From assembly GCA_010405405.1 (NCBI GenBank), contig MU004233.1:1315122-1379121 (forward strand): a stretch of DNA of 64,000 bases, written 5' to 3'. Made by a program: the position numbers and the translations under genes. This DNA comes from Microthyrium microscopicum. Its lineage: Eukaryota. Positions 53,601 to 64,000 of this stretch are shown in pieces; positions within the stretch are counted from its first letter, which is position 1, and every line of letters starts with the position of its first letter. The notes below the pieces were generated by a model. That model was not told the DNA's origin and made no database searches. It saw only the letters and a program-made list of their open reading frames with translations.

Positions 53601-55307
53601 TTACTAATTTTATTAATATAAGTAGTAAGTACTTCTTTAAGTAGATTATTATTATATTATAGTTCTTATACCTTCTAGTAAGTAATTACTACTTCCTTAA
53701 GAGTAATAGTATTATCTTAGATTTACGCTTTAAAGTAAGTAATCTACTTTATATATTTATTATTAGTTTTAGCTAAGTTCTATATCTTTCTCTAAACTTC
53801 TAAAGCTTCTTCCTAAAGAGTATAGATTAAGTCTATATTATAAGTATTTATATTTTACTTAATTTTAAAGAGGTAAGCTATAATTTAAGAAGCTAATAAG
53901 GAGGTATAAAGCTATATAATTAAGTTATTTAACGTAAGCTCTTCTTTTAATAAACATTCTAGGTTTATATTTAATTTAATTAGGTAGTAAGAGTAATAAT
54001 AGAGATCTAATTACTTTTCTTTATAATAAAGATATACTTTTATATCCTTTAGCTTATTATCTTCTTCACTAAGTATCTTTTATACTTAAGTAGCTTAAAA
54101 GATTAGAGAGTTCTTATTAATAGTTAAAGTAACTAGTTAATTAAGGTTTACTACTATAGAGTAATAAGATATTAATATAAGTAGCACTTTAGGGCCTTTA
54201 GCTTATTAATATAGTTCTATTAACTATTTATATATTTTAAAAGAAAGTCTAGTATTATTATTAGGTTAAAAAGAAGCTAGTAGTTAATTATCTTCTATAT
54301 TTATTTAGTTTAGTAAAGTTATTTAATTAGTATTTTAAGGAACGTCTTTTAACGCTTTAGTCTCTTTACCTTTATAGCCTTATTCTAATAAATAATTATT
54401 TTCTAACTTATCTTTATTTTCTAATAATACTCTTAAGTCTAGTTCTAGTAGTTTTAATAGTTTTAAGACGTTCTTTACTAAATCTACTACTTTCTAAGTA
54501 GTATTTAGTTATATTATATCTTAGATATTAAGTCTACTTTAATACTTAGTACGTATAGTAGAAAGGCAATATAATAAAGATAAATTATATAAGTATATAA
54601 GAGATAGGGATTAATACTAATTATAAGGCTAAGTATAAGTAACTAAGAATAATAAGTAGGCTATATAGCTATTAACTTAAGTCTATTAAGTAGAAGCCTT
54701 ATTAGCTATAATTATAAATAATAAAAAAAAGTACTAAAAAGAAATACTTATTTATTTAATATATTTTAGTAGTAAGTATATTAAGTATAATTATAAATAT
54801 TTAGTAGTAGTATAGAAGACAAACTTTTAGTATTCTATAAAACTAAGGATAAGGGGTAATTAATACTTAAGCTATTAGTAGGTCTAAAAGTATTAGAGAA
54901 TCTTAACGCTCTAATTAAATAAGGGATTAGTAAAGCTAATAAATTTAGTAAATCTATAAAAGATCTTTAATAGAGTCTAAAACTATACGCATAGAATATT
55001 AATCTATATAGGCATTTCTTTAGAAGTAAATTTTAAAGTATATAGTATAAGTACGTAAATATTTAAATAGTTTATAGATTATATAATAAGCTATAGAACT
55101 TAAGTAAGTAGATAATTAAATTATATTCTAGAATTTATAAATGAGAGAGAAAGAAAAGAAGATCTAGAAGAGCTATAAATCTATAAGGGAAGTAAGTCTG
55201 CTTAGTAGATCCTTAGGTATGCTAATTCCCTTAGGTCTAGTACGTAATCTTATAATAAGATCTCTCTTATAATACTACTATAAAGCCTATAAAGAGGAAT
55301 TATTACA
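47655..55307 (-). mobile_element. Nested RIP-inactivated Ty3/Gypsy element, 7653 bp
   Basis: 226-bp LTRs 47655-47880 and 55082-55307; TSD AATAG; PPT aaaggaggaag on the minus strand; RT remnants VMLFSFTKALRTF (VMPFGL..AP.TF) and AYIDNL near 50930-51030. Confidence 0.9.
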
Positions 55308-56070
55308 AATAGTAAAAGAAGCCTTTAATAAGTATAAATATTATTAGAATTAAGAATACTAACCCTTTAAGTAACTTTACTATTCCTATTTAATTACGAA
55401 ATAGCTTTAATACGCTAAAGATACTCTTTATTACGTCCTTTTACCTAATTATAACGTATTTTATATTTCTTTTTATTAATATTAATTATACTTAACTAAA
55501 AGTACTTTAAAATAGTATACTTTCTTAAAGTAGTATATATTTTATCCTTAGTTCTAAATACCTAATTTAATACTAAGTATATTAATATTTTAGCTATCTT
55601 AAAATAGTATTTTTAAAGAATTTAAAATAAAATTAATACTTTAATAAACTAATAAAACTAATAGGAATCCTAATATCTTATTTATATTACCTTTAGCTCT
55701 TTAAAACTAATCTAGTAGTATAATTATTTATAAAACTATAGAATCTATAAGTTTTTTTTATCTTTACTTTACTAATATATTCTAAATACGCTTTAGATAC
55801 TAGATCTTATATCTATAAAGTATAAGTATAAATCTATTAGTATACTAACCTAGAAGGCTTTAATTCTAAGCTTTTAATAGCATTGCTACCAAAAGCTTAG
55901 GCTTAAAGCCCTTCGGCGTGGCTAGGGGGGCCTCTGGATAGGGGGGGCCTCTGGAAGGGGGGAGTGGAAACTGATCCTGCACATGGTTCACCTACCTCAA
56001 GCTTCAATTGTTAGTTGAACTTTCCTCAGCTTCACTCCACTCGACAATTGCCAACTCGGGGCCGATCATA

Positions 56071-57402
56071 ATGGCTTCATCGTATCTTTTGCGTGTCGCC
56101 GTGTATTGCTGCTCTTTCTGCACAGTGTCGTTTGCATATCAATCTACTTCTGAGGCCTCGACCATTGTCTCCAGGGATCCAAACAACTCTCAGATTCTTC
56201 CTCCAAGCCAGGACCCGTTTTATAGTACACCTTCAGGCTACAAGAATGCCGCTCCTGGCAGCATCCTTCGCCAGCGTATGACGCCTGGGAATCTGACCGC
56301 TATCACTGGTAACTGCTCTAGCTCGTATCAACTCCTATATCGAACGACAGACAGCAATCATCAGCCAGCATGGGCTGTGACGACGTTATTCATACCTCAT
56401 ATGCGGAATGACACCAATCACGCATCATTGCTCTCGTACCAAATCCCTTATGATGCCGCATCCATTGATGGAGGACCGTCATACCTAATGTACACGGGAG
56501 GATTTCCAGATATTGGCATTGCTCTCGGACAAGGCTGGGTGGTCAACGTGCCCGACTTTGAAGGCTCGCATGCCGCTTTTGGACTCGGTATAAGCTCAGG
56601 ATATTCCGTACTTGACTCCATTCGAGCCGTGCAGTCCCTGATACCAAATGTCATCAGTAAACAGCCGCAAGCAAAAACTACGATTCCGAGCATCCGCACT
56701 GCACTCTGGGGCTACTCCGGCGGGTCCATTGCCAGCCTTTGGGCACTGGAATTACATGCGGGCTATGCGTCTGATCTTCCTCTCCACGGTGCAGCTGTTG
56801 GCGGAGTTGTTACAAACATGACATCGACCTTGGATGAGATTACTGGCACCTTTTCCGCTGGTCTTATGCCCTCAGTACTTCTTGGAATCACTGCAGAGGA
56901 CCCAACCGCCCGCGCCGAGCTTGTGTCGCAATTGAAGCCAGAGAACGCATCAATTTTGCTATCAGCGCTAGACATGAATTACTACCAAGCCGCAGCAGCA
57001 TTCAACAATCAAGACGTGGTAGCCGATTACTTCAAGAAAGATCTAGCATCAGTGCTTGCCCAACCTACAATCAAGCATATCATAGACAACAACGGCTACT
57101 TGGGCTATCATGGTATCCCACAGGTACCGCTTTGTGTCTACAAAGCGATCGGAGATGAACTAGCGCCAGTGAAAGAAACGGATCACTTGATAGAGGATGT
57201 GTATTGCCAAGTAGGTGTTGATGTTAGGTATGAGCGGAACACTATTGGTGGCCATATTTCGGAGAACAGTAACGGAATTGCCAGGTCGAGACAATTCCTA
57301 ACGTCGGTACTGGAGGGAACGGATCAAGGCGAGGTGGCACCAGTAGGAGCAGGCTGTACAGTAGTGAATGTAACCATAGGGACCACGACAACACCGCCCT
57401 AG
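56071..57402 (+). CDS. Secreted lipase (Candida LIP / CalA family)
   Basis: Signal peptide; PPSQDPFY..PGSILRQR, LLYRTTD, VNVPDFEG, nucleophile elbow WGYSGG, DEL and GGH motifs. Confidence 0.94.
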   Translation: MASSYLLRVAVYCCSFCTVSFAYQSTSEASTIVSRDPNNSQILPPSQDPFYSTPSGYKNAAPGSILRQRMTPGNLTAITGNCSSSYQLLYRTTDSNHQPAWAVTTLFIPHMRNDTNHASLLSYQIPYDAASIDGGPSYLMYTGGFPDIGIALGQGWVVNVPDFEGSHAAFGLGISSGYSVLDSIRAVQSLIPNVISKQPQAKTTIPSIRTALWGYSGGSIASLWALELHAGYASDLPLHGAAVGGVVTNMTSTLDEITGTFSAGLMPSVLLGITAEDPTARAELVSQLKPENASILLSALDMNYYQAAAAFNNQDVVADYFKKDLASVLAQPTIKHIIDNNGYLGYHGIPQVPLCVYKAIGDELAPVKETDHLIEDVYCQVGVDVRYERNTIGGHISENSNGIARSRQFLTSVLEGTDQGEVAPVGAGCTVVNVTIGTTTTPP

Positions 57403-57634
57403 ATTGGTCATAATCTATAGAGACATGCACTTTCGGGAGGACGGCATTTGTCAAAGTTGTAGTAGGAATCGTCGACATCAAGTCTTCTTAGAAATAAAGT
57501 AATTTTCATTACTCACCTTCAAGTTTGGAAGCCTTTATACCTAGTCTCTATGCTAAATCGACGACCCTTTCAACATACTGGATTGCGGTGGAAATTCCTT
57601 ACTAACGCCATATATTTGGCACATTTCGAGCATG

Positions 57635-59230
57635 CTAGTTATTTTGTTTGACCAATGGCTCCTCAGACTTTGACTCCTCAGACTTTGGCTTCTCAGATTT
57701 GGGCACCTTCAAGATGAACCTCAAAGACAATGGCAGCTCTCGTGAATATATGGGCACCCCGAACTGAACCTCATAAGGCTCCTTAGGGGTGGGATTCTCA
57801 GCCTGCCACTTCTGCCACTCCTTAAATTCAGAGTATTTGATTTTTCCGTAGTGTACGAGTTTGTACTTACCAGCCCTATCCGTGGGTCGTGAGCGCTCCA
57901 GGTCATAGTGGGCAATCGACTGCCCAATGATGGTGAGAACATCCAGCATATCGCGACACATCCAGTCTGTCAGAGCGTGGTCATTAGTTTCTTTTGTAGA
58001 AGCACTATCATCCCTAGGAGTTTTGGGATGATTCTCTTCCTTCGACATGGCATCCGACAGAACATGAGTGTCGCTTCCATTGCCAGAGACATCTGCTGTA
58101 ACGGTACTGCCACTGCGCGCATCGGTGGGAACGATACCATCAATCGTGTAAGAAAGGGCATTTTTCTCAATTCTCTCGATCAACGCTTTAGTATGGCTTT
58201 CGTTCAGATGGTGCTTGCCCTCGCCTTGTTTTTGAAAGTGTTCCAACCATGGAAGAACCTCCGCATCATGCTCGCGGAAGCCAGAAACTCCTGGGGCCAT
58301 ACTACGGAGCATAATCCTGATCTCCATTGTTTTGGAGCTCTCCACGTACCTGTCAGACCACGGGGCGAATTTCGTTTGGTCGTTGTTCGCCCAGAAAACT
58401 TGACCTGGTCCAGCATCCTTTGCCGTTCCCTCTAGTATGTTCAAGTAGCCATGGTTCCAAGTCTGCTCAGAAATAAGGAATGTACCTGTCGATAGTTAGC
58501 ATTTCAATGTCATTTTAAACCCAGTTTAGAAGCACGTACATCGCTCTGCCATGAATGTTTCCGACCACCATATGTGAGTCCCTTTTGGAGCGTCACGATT
58601 GCGCAAACGGCTACAGAAATACCATGATGGTCTGTAGTCAGAATATTTGTAGATGCGGCACAGCGACCTTCTCGACTTGGCACACTGAATGTCATATGCA
58701 GTGGCGGGATAATCTCTGCCTTCATGCTTTAAATTTATCAGTATAAGATTACAACTGGAGCGAACACGCCCCATTTGGTCTTTCCTGGTAAAGCCAGAAA
58801 AATCCTATCGCATTCTATGGTCGCCACTGAATGCGATGGAGAAACAATGTTTCTTAGTTCATTGAGTATTGTCAAAAGATGCGTGAACTACGCGGGGAAA
58901 GCCTACTTTTGTCAATCGATGATAGATGTTGAGATAAGGTATTTTCTCTCCGTCGATAAGAGAAAATGCAACCAAATCTGGTTTGTCTCCTAGACATGGT
59001 TGGGTAGGTCCATTGAATTCGTCTGCGGATGGGGAACCGTCGTAATGGGATTGCGGTTCTATGGTGTAGAAGACTTCTCTGCTGTGCTTTATGAGCTCAG
59101 CAGGGGAAGCAATTGGGTCATTTCGCGACGTGATGTCGTATGCATCCTAAACTATGTAAGGATGAATTCTCCTGACATAAAGAGGCTGATAAATACTTAC
59201 CGCTAGACATTCATGAATACCGGTTCTCAT
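57635..59230 (-). CDS. Multi-exon hypothetical protein; probable diverged tandem copy of GYP1
   Basis: Phase-consistent introns ~59200-59147 and ~58539-58485; junction near 58730-58900 unresolved; start tentative. DPIASPAELIKHS/DP-ANALHLINHS, SLCRI/SLERI, LEG-x7-GQ, HFQKQG/HFEQEG. Confidence 0.55.
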
Positions 59231-59825
59231 TTTGTGTACGAAATTGGAAGATGGATGCTGAATGTTGGAAGATCCTGAATTGTAATAAGTAAGATGAGCA
59301 CACTGAAGACATGAGAGGCCGTAGCCTTCTTTTTATAGATTCAATTTAGGTTCAGAGTGATTAAATGAATTGAAGTTTCACCAGCTATGAGTTTTACCAC
59401 ATCAGTGGTCTCTTGTATGCGTCAATTGTTTGCGTCCATGGTGTTTCATTTTTCCTTGGAGAAGAGAAAGCACCGGATGGTACTAGTTCTTTGTAGCAAT
59501 CTTTCATGGCAGCGTCAGACCCGGCAATACTTGACCAATCCCACACATATGCGTAGCGAGAGCGTGCACTGGGGGTGTGAAAGGTCTTGTATTTATCGTC
59601 CCAGGTGTAAACTGCTGCCAGAATCCAGTCACAGCATTTCGCTGGAAGTCTAGAATTTTATGTCCGTCCTCACGATTGAGTGTATGGGCGACACAGTGGC
59701 TGATGCCAGCGTTCCGGTTATTTCGTTCACTGGTTGGACTGATGATCAATGTCAGTGACAGGCCTTATTTCTCAATGGCATCAACGCCTCTGTGTGACGG
59801 AGTAATTGTCCATATTTGTCAGCGT

Positions 59826-61803
59826 TCATCGGCCTAGCATGCCGCCTTCTGAATTCAGCAGAGAACCGCGACCCGTGTTCTGCCCCTTGAGATGCGCGCT
59901 GCTGCCACTAAACAGATTGTGCCATATAAAGGCTTCGCTAAGGAGCAGCTCAATATCTTTCTCTGTCCAATCGCGGGTCGGGAGTGCTTGCAAGAACATC
60001 ATGACTTCCTGAAAGTCCATCTTGACAAGTTGCTCTGACCATTTCACAAGAAATGCTGCACATACGTAGAGATGAAAGTCTGAGAAGCCCCTATCCTCAG
60101 CCTAGAAAGAAATCAGCTTGGCAATGCTCGCTTAACCTAAGGAAGAAACCTACCATATAAGTGTCCCACATTCTGATGGTGTTTTTGACACTTATCTCAC
60201 GCATAAGGAGACAGTTCATCCATCGGAAGCTGAATTGGATAAATTCCACGCCTTCTTGTTCAAAATGTTTCGATAATGTGGCATCGATGCGGGTGGTAAG
60301 CTCTCGGAGATTTTTGACTTGTCGTTGTATCCCCGGCTGTCCAGAGACATAGTTATCTTGTATTCCTTCTAGAAGCTTGGTCAAACACCAAAAGCAGTCT
60401 GCTTCAACAGCGTCCAGAACAGGCTTTGGCAGTTGTCCGGGGTCCATTCCAAATTCGATATCAGAATCTGTTATATAAGATGCTAAGAAAACCTGCCAAA
60501 ATGGTGTGACTAGGTCATTGATGCCTTGTACATAACCGCTGGCAGGATGGCGTATTGCCCATAGGTAAAGAATGCGTTCTAGAGATTTTTGCGTCGCTTC
60601 GTAGCTGTACAATTGCAGGTGAGGATTGGTACGAGGAACATCGATGCTGATCTGATGCCATACAGCTTCGTCAAGACCTCTTCCTCTACCACGGGTTACC
60701 GCTGGCACTGTCCCCAAGCCGGCAATGCCAGTCGAAATGGGAGCGTCGTTCGCGCTGTTACCCCGCTCAAATGCTTGACGTACTCCGTCAAGATATTCTT
60801 TGCGTTTCCTTTCTAAAGTTGCTACTCTTCTCTCGCTGCTAGTTGGTAGGTAGCCAAGCAGCAACTGCCACGTCATCGCTCGGACTTCTGTAGGTACACC
60901 AGACCAAGCTGATGATCTGAGATCTGAAAGCGAGACATTGGTTGATTGAAGAACTCGTTTAAACTTGTTGATTTTGTTGATATGAGATTCCAAAGCGTCT
61001 CTTTCTTTCTGCGTCGCGTTACTTGGGGCCGTGGAATGATTGATGAGGTGGAGAGCATTCGCTGGATCTCGCAGTATTTCTTTGTATTGCGGTCGCAGTA
61101 TCTTGCCATCCTTTTTCTTTGCTGATGGGTATGTTGGAATGCCACGCTCCTCTGCTATGTCCCCTGTAGGCTTCCAAGATGCTACAGGCGACGAGAACGA
61201 CGACGGCCCATTTGATCCTGAAAAGCTGGAGCCTCCTGGATCGATGTTCTTGCCACCTTGTATCCTCTTGCCTGTTCTTCTGGCGCCGCTTATTCTCGGT
61301 AGGCCGAACTCGTCTTCTTCATCTTCCAACGCAAACTCCCCACCTTGCTCTCCGTCTTCACCGTATGCGCTAGGCCTCCGGCCGGAGTCTTTCAGTGTAG
61401 ATATGTGTTTGCGGTTTGGGGATTCTCGAGCGTTAGAGCGGGGCATACTGGATTCTCGGCTTTGTGGAGTAGAGGAGTCGGCGCGGGATCGAGACCTAGA
61501 CAAAGATCTGCTACAGTTTTAGCATATCAGTCACTATTAGGGTTCTAGTAAACGGACAAGGCATCGAATTTAAGGATATCGGTATGTGAGTATGAGGCGC
61601 CCACCACCTTCTTGGGTTCTGGACTTGCTCCCGTTGAATTAGTTCTCCAGAACGGCGAGGTAGTCCTAGACAAAGCAAGTTAGACAAATTCCAAACAAAG
61701 AACCGATATTAAAGACATACTCAGAACGGTCTTATACAGAACCCAGAGTCAGCGCATTGGGACCTTGAGAGTAATATGTGATGTACGAACCAACCTGGAC
61801 CAT
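59826..61803 (-). CDS. GYP1: TBC-domain Rab GTPase-activating protein Gyp1
   Basis: QISIDVPRT, RHPASGYVQGINDLVTPF, FRWMNCLLMRE; spliced start MVQVDRSETTSPFW includes a 10-nt microexon; possible upstream ATG at 61896. Confidence 0.93.
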
Positions 61804-62382
61804 TTCCTACGACAAGAGTTAGTTATGAGCGAAGGTTGAGGAATATCCGGAACTAACCTGGGGCTGCCTTCCACCTCCAATATTCTTCCTATCCATTATT
61901 CCGTTACTCGTTTTTCTATGAGGCGAAGAACATTACACACGTAATTGCAAGGTTGGCGTCGGATCTGGCTGGGGGTACAGTATTTTGTCTGCCGCCCCGG
62001 GCCCCAGGCTCACAGGCTGAGAGAAAATGCAGCTATTCCGAAATAGGCGCTAGCGTCGCACTTCTGGTCTTCTTGGCACTCTTTCCATCAAGCAATTCTA
62101 TCTTTTGCAACCACAACTCTCCTCTCCCCATCCAACCATCAACCATCACCAACCCCCATAATAACAGAAGATCAACCCATTCCCTCGAAAAGTCTATACA
62201 GTCCATCGCTCATTATATCCACCTTCTGATCAGCTCAGATTTAAAGCTCAAAGCCCTCTGAGTTTCTTCGCAAAGCAGTTGACCGCATCAAGCACCTGCT
62301 AGGTCGCGTTGTCGCGCGTTGTTCAGCATCGCTGAGCGTGAACTTTCATTTTTGAAAGCACTAATCAAAGCAGCACTACGCA

Positions 62383-64000
62383 ATGGCCGACGAGGATTTC
62401 GAAGATGATCTCTTCGCTGATGTGTAGGTCCATCTTTTTCCGTTTGCAGAGCTCAGTCGCTAACAATATTTTCAGCTATGCCGATGATGCACCACCTGCC
62501 CCCGCACAGCCTTCACAGCCTGTTGCCGAACCTTCCCAGACCGCAGTGAATATATCAGCCCCGGTCCAAGTCAAAGAAGAAGAGGCATACGAACCACAAT
62601 CAAATGGTTACGACCAAACTGGTGGTTCTGGTTATGATGATGGCACAGGCATGGGCAATAGCGGTGTGAAGATAGAGCAATATCAAGGTCATGATGAACA
62701 GGATTATAATGACGATAGTGGCAAAGCTGTCATTAACGAAGACGGGTAAGTTATTTCGCAAAACTTGATATTTTATTCTAGCGGTATTATACACCTTCGT
62801 GGGTATTCATTTGCGCGGGACTCGACACTCCAGGACCAGTATTGAGATATATGGGAACACTTGGAGGAAGGGAAAGAGAGACTTCCAGCTATGATCCCAA
62901 GTTTCACCATTCATTTAGACTGTTGTTGGGTGACTGTCGAATGTTGTCAGAATGGGCATTCAGAGAGACATGAAAAGACTGCAGCTAAACCACATTCCTT
63001 GCATGGGATTTGTGTAAAGCTATGGCAATGCGGCAGACGGAAGGGCTCGGATGAACTCTTTGAATAATGGATTCGGCATCGGGGATAAGGTGTGGGAAAA
63101 TCTGAACGACGCCATCAAAATATGCTTATGCTTCTTGAGAGAAAGATCGTGGGTGTAACAAAAAGGAAAGGCCAGTCAGACTCTTACAAAACCACCTACC
63201 ACGGTACCATTGGTACCAGAACCTTCATGTCGATATATCCTGATAGTTCAGATCCGATAGTCGTCCTTGTCAGAGATTGCCGGAAGCGATCTGCAGGACA
63301 CAGCTAGCAACCGTCTTGGTAGCAAAATACTTTGGGTTTATCCGAGAAACGATTCTTTTCTTGCTACTACCGCTGCCTTGACAACTGCTGTGGTTATTAA
63401 GGCTTTCCAATGTCGTTTCACGTATTGGCCTTCAGCCATTTGCCTCGTGTGGAATCGAATAGCTTCCACCGAACAAATCAGCTTGCGCACCAATGGTAGT
63501 TGGATGAATTCGAATTCTTGGTGGAGCTTGGGGATACTGCAACTACACAGAACTGAAGGCCTAAATCATTGCTTTGAGTATTGTCCAAACAAAGAGCACC
63601 AAAAAGCAAACATCATCGGATACTTCATGTTCCATTGAATACCTGGAAACCAAACTCACCACCCAGAATACGAACTCTGGAGACCTCGCAATTGAATACC
63701 TGCTCAATGCCTAACATGACCGCCAAATATATATAGATTTAGTGCTAACCATTTCTTTCCGTAGGAAAATGTTCATTGGAGGACTTAATTGGGAAACATC
63801 GGATGGTATGATAGATTCTTATCTGTACTCGATTGATATTCTAATAATCTTTACCAGACTCACTTCGCAGCTACTTCTCTCAGTTTGGTGAGGTCACAGA
63901 ATGTACCGTGATGCGTGATGGAGCTAGTGGTCGCTCACGAGGCTTTGGCTTTCTCACCTTCCGTGACCCAAAGGTCGTCAACACAGTCGTTGTCAAGGAA
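62383..64000 (+). CDS. HRP1: Hrp1-like RRM RNA-binding protein (runs off the window)
   Basis: [15 protein letters not shown].. then [40 protein letters not shown]; introns 62424-62475, 62746-63764 and one near 63806-63858. Confidence 0.92.

Larger units (their letters stand above)
40184..55979. mobile_element. RIP-inactivated Mutator-like DNA transposon (~2.75 kb) expanded by two nested LTR elements
   Basis: About 55-bp G/C-run TIRs starting cagga; 10-bp TSD CACATGGTTC at 40174-40183 and 55980-55989. Superfamily inferred from TSD length only. Confidence 0.85.

Noticed and set aside
62861..63638. Short ORFs inside the HRP1 intron
   Set aside because: Non-ATG starts, no motifs and no evident splice phase support.

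Overview
Eukaryotic, intron-containing DNA from a filamentous ascomycete. GC-balanced gene blocks alternate with three AT-rich blocks of RIP-mutated transposons: 1-~700; a Copia at 22649-29959; and a Mutator-like element at 40184-55979 carrying a nested Copia and a nested Gypsy. Conserved genes: DOPA 4,5-dioxygenase, cytosolic Asn-tRNA synthetase, an Rco1-like double-PHD protein, Cdb4/PA2G4, a secreted EEP phosphoesterase, Snf5, a 64-aa Cys-rich microprotein, Fus3/Kss1-type MAPK, a kinesin, a Ser/Thr-rich secreted protein, a frameshifted enoyl-CoA hydratase, a secreted lipase, Gyp1 and Hrp1 (partial). Main observation: the orphan ORFs and several apparently empty intergenic stretches look like extremely diverged, same-strand tandem copies ('ghosts') of the conserved gene next to them. 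Collinear motif matches support this for AsnRS, PHD, Cdb4, Snf5, MAPK, enoyl-CoA hydratase and Gyp1, and more weakly for EEP and DODA. Four ghosts keep long ORFs while lacking the parent's functional motifs. Second observation: an un-RIPed ~213-bp MITE family (47-bp TIRs, CAA...TTG ends, 6-bp TSDs) lies upstream of genes, twice at the gene/ghost junction. All alignments were made by eye and need computational confirmation.
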